DNA of 64,000 bases from a virus (lineage: Duplodnaviria > Caudoviricetes), in IMG/VR virus record IMGVR_UViG_3300002185_000031, positions 1 to 64,000 of that record, one strand, 5' to 3'. The notes under the pieces are model-generated. The model saw nothing but the letters and a program-made list of their open reading frames with translations, was not told where the DNA came from and ran no database searches. Below are positions 46,430 through 55,616 of the stretch, one piece after another; within the stretch, counting starts at the first letter, position 1, and each line of letters begins with the position of its first letter. A program made the position numbers and the translations under genes.

Positions 46430-47802
46430 ACCCGATTCCTCCACCGCCGCCAAATTCCCCGAATTTTTTTCTTCTCACTATTCATCCTTATCTCCTGTGG
46501 ATAATTTGGCAATCCCGCATAAGCTCCCGCATAATCACCAACACCGCTGTAATTTGTCTCAGGCACTTCCTCGTTCATACCCATATCCTTACGGAACTCC
46601 TCCAGTGGGTACACCTCTGTAATATCACCGCCTTGTCCGACATATTGCCTAAATGCTTGAATCTTGCGCAAGGCATTTTGTACTTTATCATCTTCCTGCG
46701 GCTCTATGAGCGGAGACCATTGCAAATCGTACTTGGCTTTGGGGATATATCCATACTGCATCAGCCTGTCAATTAATGGGCAGATAATTAGCTTTTCGGC
46801 ATCCTCTATCTGTCGCCCCCTAATAGAGCTTAACCACATATCTTTATCAACGGTACTAGCCAATTGCCCCTGTTCGCTGCCTAACAATATTCTGGTTGGT
46901 ATAGCGGGTTTTACGCTTGCCCCGATAAGCTGTAATAGCATATCGGCGGTTTGAGTGGGGTTTGGGGTATGCGTTGGCAGAGCTTGGAACTGTGTACCGC
47001 TGGCAACAAGGAAATTCTGGTCACTTCGTGAAAAAGCCTCTAAGTCATCTTTTATTTCCTGCTTGCCCTGTTCACCCAGATAGAGAGATAGCTGCTCATC
47101 AAGCAGGGCGGCGATTTTGGTTTTTGTCCCCATTGCGTACATTTCGGCTGTACTGCCCATCATCTTGTAAAAATCATGGATATAGTTATATGCTGCTTGG
47201 AGCTTAGGTCTGCCGAAAACTGTATTATCCACGCAATCTAGGGCAATGTGGATAACTTTTGAATGGTGAACGGTGTAATGCTCTGATGTGTTGCCTGTAT
47301 TGGCGTTTATTCTGTATGTTTCAGGCAATCCATAGCGTTTACTTTTGCGGTTGGTATCGGAGGTTAGTATCTGCGCCTGTTCCTCGCTGTATGCGTGAAT
47401 TAATCGTATATTTTTGATGCTTGCGCCACTCTCTAGGGGTTTATCATATGGCGAGTTTGTGCCTATCACAATGACGGCGTAATGCCCTATACAGGCTAGG
47501 GTGTCCACACGCTCGAACAAAGAAAAAAGATTGTGCTGTTTATCCAAGGCTTTAAAGGCTTGATTTATTTTGGATTCCTCTTGCGGGATATCAGGCTCGA
47601 AGATTTCGGGCATACTTCGCCATGTGTAATCTACTATTGCATCAATTACACGCTTTGCAATGCCTGTGAGCTTATAAGCATACATGTAATCGGCAAAAGT
47701 GCGGTTTTCTACATGCCCAAACTCGGCGGCTAGGGAGCGTATGTCTTTTCGGTTGTATAGTGCGTCATGGATTGCTCTGCGTAGATTTTTGGGGTTTTGC
47801 AT
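46426..47802 (-). CDS. Portal protein (DUF1073/anti-CBASS Acb1-annotated portal family)
   Basis: YKLTGIAKRVID, FERVDTL..GHYAVIV, VHHSKVIH, FGRPKL, AIPTRILLG, WSPL. Confidence 0.85.
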   Translation of the reverse strand: MQNPKNLRRAIHDALYNRKDIRSLAAEFGHVENRTFADYMYAYKLTGIAKRVIDAIVDYTWRSMPEIFEPDIPQEESKINQAFKALDKQHNLFSLFERVDTLACIGHYAVIVIGTNSPYDKPLESGASIKNIRLIHAYSEEQAQILTSDTNRKSKRYGLPETYRINANTGNTSEHYTVHHSKVIHIALDCVDNTVFGRPKLQAAYNYIHDFYKMMGSTAEMYAMGTKTKIAALLDEQLSLYLGEQGKQEIKDDLEAFSRSDQNFLVASGTQFQALPTHTPNPTQTADMLLQLIGASVKPAIPTRILLGSEQGQLASTVDKDMWLSSIRGRQIEDAEKLIICPLIDRLMQYGYIPKAKYDLQWSPLIEPQEDDKVQNALRKIQAFRQYVGQGGDITEVYPLEEFRKDMGMNEEVPETNYSGVGDYAGAYAGLPNYPQEIRMNSEKKKIRGIWRRWRNRV

Positions 47803-47851
47803 TTGCCGCCTCCTTTAAAATTTAAAATTAAAAAACCGCTTTTTATGGCGG

Positions 47852-48652
47852 TTAAGTTCGTTTAATTTTGTGGTTTAGTATGGTTGTTGCATTCGCATAT
47901 CCCGGTTTAACTTTGATACCTTGCCGCATAAGCTCTCTCGAAAAGCTATTTTTGCCTAGTGGTTGGGTTTTGTTAGCTCTACACCAGATAAGGTAGTATT
48001 CAAATGCCAATTTTAAAGGCGTATGAGTATTGGAGAGTTCTAAGGCATCAGCAACAAACTTGGCTACTGCTACGCCTTGCTGCTCTTTATCGGGGCATAT
48101 TGGTTTGGCAGAGGTTGGTTTTGTGGTTTCTATAGGCTCAATCCCCAGCTCTTGCAAAGCATAGGGAAGAGTGGCAGATGTATGACCTTTTAGCATTTTC
48201 AATCGCCATTCTTTGCTTGCTTTTAGCTCTTGCGCCATGTTGTTGAAAGCGTTGATGTAAGCAATTTTGAACTTCAACGCTTTTGCTCCAGAAAAGCCCA
48301 TCACAAGTAAGGTAAAGCCATCAAATGTCATTTCATATTCACGTTGTTGTCGATTCATAGAATCTAAATATTCATTTGGGATAAACCATTGGGACAAAGT
48401 AATATGTTCTCCAATTTCTTTTGCTTGTCGCAAAATTCCTTGGTTTTTAGTTATTTTTTTGCTTTCTGTAGATAGGAGGGGATTTCCTCCTATCTTTTCT
48501 TTATTTTCGGTATTGCTATCATACCCCTCAATAGCCCGAATTACTTCTCTATGCTTTTTCTCAAAAACCTCTGCTACTCTACGGCTGTTCGCCACTATCT
48601 TATTATTCTTTACTGATAACCCAAACTCTTCCCTTGCCGCTAATTCGTTCAT
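47852..48652 (-). CDS. Rha-family protein fused to a primase-type C-terminal winged helix
   Basis: NSRRVAEVFEKKH, YEMTFDGFTLLVMGFSG; C-terminus YYLIWC..GKNSFSRELMRQGIKVKPGYANAT. Confidence 0.85.
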   Translation of the reverse strand: MNELAAREEFGLSVKNNKIVANSRRVAEVFEKKHREVIRAIEGYDSNTENKEKIGGNPLLSTESKKITKNQGILRQAKEIGEHITLSQWFIPNEYLDSMNRQQREYEMTFDGFTLLVMGFSGAKALKFKIAYINAFNNMAQELKASKEWRLKMLKGHTSATLPYALQELGIEPIETTKPTSAKPICPDKEQQGVAVAKFVADALELSNTHTPLKLAFEYYLIWCRANKTQPLGKNSFSRELMRQGIKVKPGYANATTILNHKIKRT

Positions 48653-48681
48653 AGTATCACCTCACAATATTACTCGAAAAC

Positions 48682-48816
48682 AGAAAACCGCTCTATTATC
48701 TACCCTGCCGCCGCATGAGAATACGGTCGGGGATTGAGTACCCCGAAGGTAGATAATAAAACGGTTTTCTCATTTATCGGCAATACCATTATACCGCAAA
48801 AGGTGAGGAAAGTCAA
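48682..48816 (-). promoter_or_regulatory. Promoter plus structured leader RNA of the Rha gene
   Basis: TTGACT-17-TATAAT; long stem 48682-48704/48748-48770 enclosing two hairpins. Confidence 0.7.
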
Positions 48817-48831
48817 GGGGATTTTAGAAAG

Positions 48832-48948
48832 TTAGGATTTACCACCGTTGCCACAAATGGCAATGAAGTTGTGCGGTGGAAACGTGTCAGAGGCTATTTG
48901 GAAGAGCTTAATATCATCCCCACTTGTGGGGATGATGAATTTAAAATT
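48832..48948 (+). pseudogene. ORF6N-type antirepressor fragment abutting IS1595
   Basis: LGFTTVATNGNEVVRWKRVRGYLEELNIIPTCGDDE with no start codon. Confidence 0.55.
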
Positions 48949-49037
48949 CGGAATTATCCCTTGACATAGCTTTTTAACTATGCTATACTGTTGTTTGGTA
49001 TGGTCTGTACATACACAAAATAATAGGAGGTTAAACT

Positions 49038-49205
49038 ATGTCAAACAAAGAAATGGCTGTACAACTTTACATTGCATATTTGCAAGCTCATGTAACGGTT
49101 GGTACACATCCTAAATCGCAAGGCATTAACTTACCATCTCAAGATGAAATGGTAAGTTACATTAAAAACCTTGCCGAAAAACTATCAACTATCAAAGACG
49201 ATTGA
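49038..49205 (+). CDS. 55-aa IS passenger protein
   Basis: AGGAGG RBS; TTGACA-17-TATACT promoter with -35 in the left TIR. Confidence 0.6.
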   Translation: MSNKEMAVQLYIAYLQAHVTVGTHPKSQGINLPSQDEMVSYIKNLAEKLSTIKDD

Positions 49206-49343
49206 TGTTCCGTTCTCTGATATCTGGATGGCACTAAATGAGGCTGATATTGCAATACTGATTTTTTCAGCAATTTTTTGTGGCAGCTCTTGAACTTGCT
49301 CTTCAAGAGCTGCTATTCTTTGCTCTAGTGTCAAATTTTCCAC
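49185..49343 (-). CDS. 52-aa IS passenger protein
   Basis: AGGAGG RBS, GTG start, MENLTLEQRIAALEEQVQEL; converges on the plus-strand passenger ORF. Confidence 0.5.
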   Translation of the reverse strand: MENLTLEQRIAALEEQVQELPQKIAEKISIAISASFSAIQISENGTSIVFDS

Positions 49344-49355
49344 ATTATCACCTCC

Positions 49356-50276
49356 TTATCCCAAAATACTCTGCTTCAACACCAAACTAAACATATCAAA
49401 CTTCTTGTTGTTATATCTAAAACAAAACTCATCAACATACCTCTGCATATACTTAACAGAAATATGATGGTAAATGCCATACACGCCACGTTTTAGAGTA
49501 GCCCAAAAACTTTCAATCGTGTTGGTGTGAATATCCCCATCAGAAAATGCTTTTGTGTGGTCTATTCTCAGATGAATAAAACTGCTCCTTGCTAACGGGT
49601 CATAACCTCTAAACTCATCCGTCATAACGGTGTTGTTGTTCTCTTGCTTAGATACCGTTTTCAGTATCTCGATCAACTGTTTTGCCGTAAGGCGTTGCCC
49701 CTTATTATTGGGCGAAGTAACTTTGGCGTAAACTTGCTTGTTGTTCCTATCGACAACACCAACCACAGGTGTTTTGTTTGTTCCTCTGCCTCGCTTGCTT
49801 GGAGTGGGCGGTTCGTTGTCGTCATCTTTGCGGTTTTTCTTGCGTGGCTTGCCACCAACATAAGTTTCGTCAATCTCGACAATAGTGTCGAAAAATTCTT
49901 TTTGCTCGGAGTTGCCCATAGCTATGCGTATTTGTTGTAACATACGCCATGCTGTTTTATAGGTAACACCTATTTCTCTTTGTAGCTGCATTGCTGATAT
50001 TCCCTTCTTACCATTCAGAAAAAGATGTATGGCATACATCCATTTGCGCAGGTCTGTTGAGGATTTCTCGAAGATTGTGTTTTTGAAAGGGGAGAAACAA
50101 TTAACACAACTATTGCACCCAAATACTTTAGGGCGTTTTGTCTCTTGATATACTTTGGCAGAGCCACAATGATTACAGCATACCCCATCGGGATAACGGA
50201 CAGTTAAAAAATGGTCAACAACTTTCTTTTCGGTTGGGAATTTTTTCATAAGCTCTAAAAATGTCATAATAATCAC
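49356..50276 (-). CDS. tnp: IS1595 transposase (Zn ribbon plus ISXO2-like DDE)
   Basis: CNHC..CNSC; VEIDETY, MTDE, NTIESFW, DEFCFRYN. Confidence 0.95.
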   Translation of the reverse strand: MIIMTFLELMKKFPTEKKVVDHFLTVRYPDGVCCNHCGSAKVYQETKRPKVFGCNSCVNCFSPFKNTIFEKSSTDLRKWMYAIHLFLNGKKGISAMQLQREIGVTYKTAWRMLQQIRIAMGNSEQKEFFDTIVEIDETYVGGKPRKKNRKDDDNEPPTPSKRGRGTNKTPVVGVVDRNNKQVYAKVTSPNNKGQRLTAKQLIEILKTVSKQENNNTVMTDEFRGYDPLARSSFIHLRIDHTKAFSDGDIHTNTIESFWATLKRGVYGIYHHISVKYMQRYVDEFCFRYNNKKFDMFSLVLKQSILG

Positions 50277-50334
50277 CTCTGTAGTGATTATATCATGATT
50301 TTCAAGCTATGTCAAGGGATAATTCAGTTAAAAT

Positions 50335-51624
50335 TTAACCATACGGAGCTTTTCGCCTATGCTGCGCTGTTGCGTTCATCGTAAAAATGAAATATCTCAA
50401 TCCGTCCACCTCGTCGTCAGCCTCTTTTAAGGGCTGCTCTTTGCCATTAATATCAAGCCTATCATTCCAAACATACCGCTCTATTCCTGCAATTAATTCC
50501 TTGCAGCAGTCATTGATTTTTACCAATCCCAAATAAAAGGCATCTGCTACAGCTCTAATACCCTCACTTACAGCGTTATCCGCTAGGCTCGTGGCATATT
50601 TCCCGCCGTTGCTCATTGCTATTCTAAAATCGGCGGCTGAGGGGTCTATTATGATTCTTTCAACGTTATAGCCATCGAGAAAGGTATTGACCTCACGCCG
50701 ATACATTTCAGAGTTCATTTGTATTTGCGTTTTTCTGCCGCTGTGGACGTATTCTTTTATGCAATACCATGTTTTATCTGTTGCGTAGCCCCATAAGAGC
50801 ATTACAAAACTGTTTTGAGTGCCATAATCGCATGAGGCTATATATCGGGTGTAGGTTCTTGGAACGGTTGGCACTATGTTTTTGTTGCCGTTTAGGTCGG
50901 TGTCCCAATCGGGATATACACGACCTTGTGCGCGGCGGCGTAATCCCAGAATGTAACGGTCATACCAGACTGTACCGGGGCGCACCTTGTCAAGCTCTCT
51001 CGACAACTCCTCATCGGACACACTGAAATTATCGTGAATGGTAAAATGCCCATAATTAAAACCATAATCGGGATTTTGGGCTTGTTTTTCAGCATGGATA
51101 TTCAAGATTTCTTCATAATACCAGTGACTTTCAGCTTCGGGGTTTAAGTCGTGGAAATGCTTAGGGTTTTTGGCTGACATTGTGCGATTGAAGGTCTCTT
51201 TTAGGGTTTCTCGTTCTATTTGGTTCGCCTCGGAACAATAAACACAGCCAAATGTTGCGCCTTGCAATTGTCTTTTGGCTCTGATGTTATTGCCACCGTA
51301 TATTAATATGATTTTTTCCTCGCCATAGGCTGTTGTTACATAGAGGGCAGACCGCCCTTTCCATTGCCCCTCTCGGCACCTGCCCGCAAAGTGATATATA
51401 ATGCCATAACCGTCACAGTCTACTATTAGCTGCCTTGCGTTTGCTACGCTTGTAGCCATTACCATGTGAAGACGAGCGGGGTTTTTTTCTATTGCGTGGC
51501 AAAATGCCATTATGTTTAGTACGTTTTTACCTGCTCTAACGCCGCCCTCCGCTACGTTTAACCAGTGGGTTTGTGTTTTTTTGTAGTATTCACGGGCTTT
51601 TTTGTTGAATGGAGCTAGGGACAT
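50335..51624 (-). CDS. terL: Terminase large subunit (PBSX-like)
   Basis: AEGGVRAGK Walker A, YCSEAN, DLNP, DYGTQN, IIDPSA, DDEVDGLRY. Confidence 0.93.
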   Translation of the reverse strand: MSLAPFNKKAREYYKKTQTHWLNVAEGGVRAGKNVLNIMAFCHAIEKNPARLHMVMATSVANARQLIVDCDGYGIIYHFAGRCREGQWKGRSALYVTTAYGEEKIILIYGGNNIRAKRQLQGATFGCVYCSEANQIERETLKETFNRTMSAKNPKHFHDLNPEAESHWYYEEILNIHAEKQAQNPDYGFNYGHFTIHDNFSVSDEELSRELDKVRPGTVWYDRYILGLRRRAQGRVYPDWDTDLNGNKNIVPTVPRTYTRYIASCDYGTQNSFVMLLWGYATDKTWYCIKEYVHSGRKTQIQMNSEMYRREVNTFLDGYNVERIIIDPSAADFRIAMSNGGKYATSLADNAVSEGIRAVADAFYLGLVKINDCCKELIAGIERYVWNDRLDINGKEQPLKEADDEVDGLRYFIFTMNATAQHRRKAPYG

Positions 51625-51749
51625 GGAATCACCTCAAATCCCAGCAAAAAACAAAATCCCTTAATTCAAGCTCCCTCGTGGGTTTGCCCCTAACGAATAA
51701 GGAGCGAGAGAACCTAAAATAAAGGATATTGTCTTACTTTTGCGGAAAA

Positions 51750-51900
51750 GTCAATCACCCCACGGCTAAAGCCAGGGGCTTGTAAGTAGCCGAAACTAAA
51801 GCTCCTACGTTAAGCCAATTGACACATGGCTTTACGGCTGATATTTACAGCCGCCACATTGTCCGCTGGGGCAGCGTACCCACAGGAAAGACAACAGAAA
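51750..51900 (-). ncRNA. Predicted omegaRNA/reRNA of TnpB (boundaries approximate)
   Basis: Established location over the tnpB 3' end and right-end hairpin; 5' end not determinable from sequence. Confidence 0.5.
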
Positions 51901-52883
51901 TTATCCCTTGTTTTACGGTTATTTTTTTCAACATGACCGCATACAACACAAGTGCGAGAAGTGTTGCGCGGGTCAATTAAGGCAATCGGAACACCTGCTA
52001 TTTTAGCTTTATAGCTAATGAATTGCCTTAACTGATAGAACGCCCACGATGATTGTCTGCTACGCTGTGACTTTCTAACCGTTTTCTCGGTACGTAGGCG
52101 AATGCCCGATAAATCTTCAAGGGCAATACCTACGCCGAGTGCCTTAGCCTTTTTGACAATCTGTTTGCTTATTACATGATTAGTGTTGCGTACAAAACGC
52201 TGCTCTTTCTTAGAACGTTTCTTCAACAAACGCTTTGCGGATTTTGTGCCTTTGGATTGCAATTTTGCCCTAAGTTTGGCGTTACGGTTGCGTACAGCAT
52301 TAACAGCAGAGCCAGAAAAGTTTTCGCCTGTGCTGTCAGTAGCAAGGTTAGCAATCCCAACGTCAATGCCAAGAAAATCATTACTATCTACTGGCGGTGC
52401 TTCTGGCACTTCCACAGCAAGCATGAGATAAAAAACACCGTCTTGCAGAATTAAATCTGCTTGCCCACGAACACGGTTGCCATAAAGCAAGCCATGATGA
52501 TACTTGCCAAGAACTATAGGCACTTTGATTCTACCATCAAGCGTAAGAAGTGAGGCGTATTCCATGCCATTAAAAGAAAGTATGCGTTCGTCATACACCA
52601 TAGCCCCAGTATCTTTGAAAGTATGCAGAGTTTTCTTATCTGCCTTATAACTTTCAGATACCTTGCCTATAGCACGAACAACCATTTGAGCGGATAGACC
52701 AAATTGTTCACGCACATCATAATAGCAAGCCTTTTGAAGTTTAAATTTAGAGAACGTTCCTAAGTTAAAGGCAACTTTGCTGATATGATTACAGGCTTGG
52801 TTAAATCGTTTCATAGTTGCAAGCAAAGAATTAAACTGTTTTTCATCTGGCACTAATTTAATTTTGAGTGTGCAAATCATCAA
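51810..52883 (-). CDS. tnpB: TnpB RNA-guided nuclease
   Basis: RuvC LGIDVG / IALEDL / ADNVAAVNI; Zn finger CVVC..CLSC; own TTGACA-17-TATAAT promoter at about 52898-52926. Confidence 0.93.
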   Translation of the reverse strand: MMICTLKIKLVPDEKQFNSLLATMKRFNQACNHISKVAFNLGTFSKFKLQKACYYDVREQFGLSAQMVVRAIGKVSESYKADKKTLHTFKDTGAMVYDERILSFNGMEYASLLTLDGRIKVPIVLGKYHHGLLYGNRVRGQADLILQDGVFYLMLAVEVPEAPPVDSNDFLGIDVGIANLATDSTGENFSGSAVNAVRNRNAKLRAKLQSKGTKSAKRLLKKRSKKEQRFVRNTNHVISKQIVKKAKALGVGIALEDLSGIRLRTEKTVRKSQRSRQSSWAFYQLRQFISYKAKIAGVPIALIDPRNTSRTCVVCGHVEKNNRKTRDNFCCLSCGYAAPADNVAAVNISRKAMCQLA

Positions 52884-53010
52884 ATCACCTCAAAATTATT
52901 ATATCATTATTGAATAATAATGTCAATACATTTGAGAGAGGAAGCCGCTTTCCTCCCCATATCTAAAGATAGGGGCTTCTTGCGGCTATTGGTGATATTA
53001 CAAAACGTCA

Positions 53011-53727
53011 CTAATCAAATGTCATCTTTCGCTCTGGCACTTCCCCCGTCAAAGCCTCCAAAACAGCTCTCTGGTTAGCCTTTGCGACTTCTACAGCCTC
53101 ATTTGCATCTATGCCGTATTTGATATTGGATATCTTAATGCGGTGCATTGTTGATATGGCGTTAGTTTTCTGGGCTTGCACTTTAGAAAGCTCCTTATAA
53201 AGCTCCAGCATCCGTTTATCACGGTGTACGCTGGTAACTTCTATTAAGTCGGTTGCTGCATCTCTATCTAAACCCTTTGCGCTGCGCACGGTTTCGGGTA
53301 TCATTGCTATATCTTCACCATTTGGGGTGATTGCGCCTGTTGGCATAGCCTCTAATTCGTCAATCTGTTTCTGGATTAGCTTTTCTCTGATTTCATAGGC
53401 TTTTATCTGCTCTTGCAGGGTTTTGACTTCGGAATAAATGACAGTTTGCGAATTATCACTGTCATTTATTGGCTCGTTTCCGATTTTGTCATTAATGACA
53501 TTAATTCTTTTTGTCACTTTTGGCTTGTTGTCACGATACCTTTTGTCATTTTTGCGCCTATCGCTCTGTAATCTTTTAGGAGAATCGCCTTCCCATTGGT
53601 CAGTAGACTTCCAGTTACGCAATAGGCTTTCGGACGTATCAAGTTCTATAGCTATTTCCTTGATGGTCATACCTGATTCCCATAATTTAAAGGCATCTTC
53701 CCTCCGTGAATCCTTTTTCCGTGGCAC
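53011..53727 (-). CDS. terS: Terminase small subunit
   Basis: N-terminal HTH AFKLWESG..EIAIEL..RNWKSTDQW; lies upstream of terL. Confidence 0.8.
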   Translation of the reverse strand: MPRKKDSRREDAFKLWESGMTIKEIAIELDTSESLLRNWKSTDQWEGDSPKRLQSDRRKNDKRYRDNKPKVTKRINVINDKIGNEPINDSDNSQTVIYSEVKTLQEQIKAYEIREKLIQKQIDELEAMPTGAITPNGEDIAMIPETVRSAKGLDRDAATDLIEVTSVHRDKRMLELYKELSKVQAQKTNAISTMHRIKISNIKYGIDANEAVEVAKANQRAVLEALTGEVPERKMTFD

Positions 53728-53782
53728 ATAACCACCTCAAATCTATCTAAAGCCATAAGCGGCATCATTTATACATATTAGC

Positions 53783-53812
53783 ATTATACAACGCAAAACT
53801 AGGCTTTGTCAA
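53783..53812 (-). promoter_or_regulatory. Putative late promoter upstream of terS
   Basis: TTGACA-18-TATAAT. Confidence 0.55.
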
Positions 53813-53820
53813 GCATTATA

Positions 53821-54267
53821 TCAATTTTTTTCAAAGTTTTTTTCAAGCAATATCAAAGCATTTTGATGGAGTTTCCTTACCCATCGGCGGCTAATCCCCA
53901 ATTTATCTTCAATTTGCGGGTGTTCTAAGCCTTTGACATAGTATAATATCATCATTTCACGAGTTTTATCATTTGGCAGATTATTGGTAAGATAAGATTT
54001 GACTTGAGTTTTTAACCTTGCCCATTCATTTAAAAGTTCATCAAATTTTTCAGAATAAAAGGCCGCCTTAGTTATGTTATCTGCCATCCTATCACTGTTG
54101 CGTGATTGTTGGACTTTATCATGTGAAAAACTTGAACTTCGTGGGTTAATAGCTGTTTCACGCCATTTTTCAGCATTTTCACGGGCATCGTTTGATTGAA
54201 TGAAGAGATACTTTATCTCAAACCTCATATCATCTAAATATTCCTTTGCAGTTGAGTATTTCGCCAT
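53821..54267 (-). CDS. RinA/ArpU-like late transcriptional regulator
   Basis: TAKEYL, REMMILYYVKG..IEDKLGISRRWVRKLHQNAL. Confidence 0.8.
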   Translation of the reverse strand: MAKYSTAKEYLDDMRFEIKYLFIQSNDARENAEKWRETAINPRSSSFSHDKVQQSRNSDRMADNITKAAFYSEKFDELLNEWARLKTQVKSYLTNNLPNDKTREMMILYYVKGLEHPQIEDKLGISRRWVRKLHQNALILLEKNFEKN

Positions 54268-54406
54268 TTCTTCGCCCTCCTTACATGGTTTCTTTTACTA
54301 TATCAGAATCAACCATTTTTTTCAAGTATCAAATCCACATCATTTTTAGGGGTTCAAGTGTCATTTGGTCAAAATTTTCATGTCATTTATACGTATTTTT
54401 ATTTCA

Positions 54407-54850
54407 CTACCATTTATTGGAAAATGCTTATAAACTTTGATTTTAAGCTATTTATCAGATTTTTGCTTGCCAAGTGAAATTAAATTTAAAAACTTCTTAA
54501 AACCATAAAACCCTTTAAATATAGCCTTTTAGCCCTATTTTAATAATATTAAAATATTTATATAAAGATTATTATAAATAATTTATTATTTATAATAAGA
54601 GAAATTAAGAGAATAAAGAAAATATAAGTCTTTTGAAATTCTCAACTTTTTATTAAAAATCCTTACAAATGGCGTAAAATAAGGGTTTTTAAGGGTTTTA
54701 AATTCTGTAATCTTTAAAAAGTTGTTTTGGAAGGTTCAATACAAGAATATTGATTTTAAGCCATTTATAAGCATTTTGGAAAATATTGCAAGTGATTTGA
54801 AAAGGGGTGTTTTTTTCGGAGAAATGGGCAAAAATTTCTCCGAAAAAGCG
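54407..54850. repeat. AT-rich origin-like element, copy 2 (inverted)
   Basis: Reverse complement aligns by eye with 10775-11206 over about 430 bp. Confidence 0.7.
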
Positions 54851-54905
54851 GGTTATGGACGAAAAAAACGCCCTTTCTCAAAAAAGGCGTTTTTTGGGGT
54901 GGTTT

Positions 54906-55586
54906 TTATCTGAATTTTCGGCGCATTATGGAGTGGATATTTGCGCCGATTGGCTTTATTTCAAGGCCGCAATGCTTTAGTTCTTGGGTGAAACGCTTTT
55001 TGCCTATGGGAGTGAGCTTGCTTGTTCTGCACCATGTGACATAGTATTCAAAGGCTGTTTTTAGGGGGATTGCGTTGTCTGCGGGTTCTAAGGTTTCTGT
55101 GATAAACCTTGCTATTGCGGGAGCGTATTCCTCGTTGGATGGAGCAGCAGCAGTCTTTGATAGGATAGACAGGGCGGGGTTTATGCCTAGTTCTTGAAGG
55201 ACGTAGGGGAGTTGATATTTGTTGGCTTTAGTGATGTATTTTAGGCGTGTTTCGGGGTCTAAGGTGTATGAGCCTGTTTTTCTTATGGAGGGGAGGACTT
55301 CGGACGTTACCCATTTGCGGAATTTTTTGGCTTGCGGCTTATTGGAGCGCAAAACGGCAGCATATAGACCTGATTCATTTACTAAAATCATTTCACGCTC
55401 TTGTCCACCTGACACTACTTTTTTTCGGGTCAGCTCATCATCATCTAATCTATCTGCAACACGTCCGACATCTGATAACTTCAAAACTTTGCAAATATCA
55501 GCCAACACAAACCACGGCTCACCATTTAGCCGAACTTCTCTTAAATCGTCAATCCCAAATTGGAATATTGTCACGTTATTCATCAA
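54906..55586 (-). CDS. BRO-N antirepressor fused to a primase-type C-terminal winged helix
   Basis: EPWFVLADIC, VNESGLY, AKKFRKWVTSEVLPSIRKTGSY; C-terminus YYVTWC..GKKRFTQEL. Confidence 0.88.
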   Translation of the reverse strand: MMNNVTIFQFGIDDLREVRLNGEPWFVLADICKVLKLSDVGRVADRLDDDELTRKKVVSGGQEREMILVNESGLYAAVLRSNKPQAKKFRKWVTSEVLPSIRKTGSYTLDPETRLKYITKANKYQLPYVLQELGINPALSILSKTAAAPSNEEYAPAIARFITETLEPADNAIPLKTAFEYYVTWCRTSKLTPIGKKRFTQELKHCGLEIKPIGANIHSIMRRKFR

Positions 55587-55616
55587 ATCAACTCCAAAAA
55601 TTTTTACTCGAAATAC

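Larger units (their letters stand above)
48949..50327 (-). mobile_element. IS1595-family element with passenger ORFs
   Basis: TIRs C(G/T)GAATTATCCCTTGACATAGC; 8-bp TSD TTAAAATT at 48941-48948 and 50328-50335. Confidence 0.92.
51750..52991 (-). mobile_element. TnpB-only IS200/IS605-family element between terS and terL
   Basis: Subterminal hairpins at about 52955-52975 and 51758-51778; inferred ends TCAC|CAATAG and GGGGTGATTGAC|. Confidence 0.8.

Noticed and set aside
51640-51745. c-di-GMP-I riboswitch-like GGCAAACC in the terL leader
   Set aside because: Only a simple hairpin; the second stem and GNRA/receptor elements of the riboswitch are absent.
51730-51750. TnpB guide targeting the antirepressor promoters (shared CCGCAAAAG)
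   Set aside because: The match is only about 9-10 nt and the promoter sites lack the inferred TCAC TAM.
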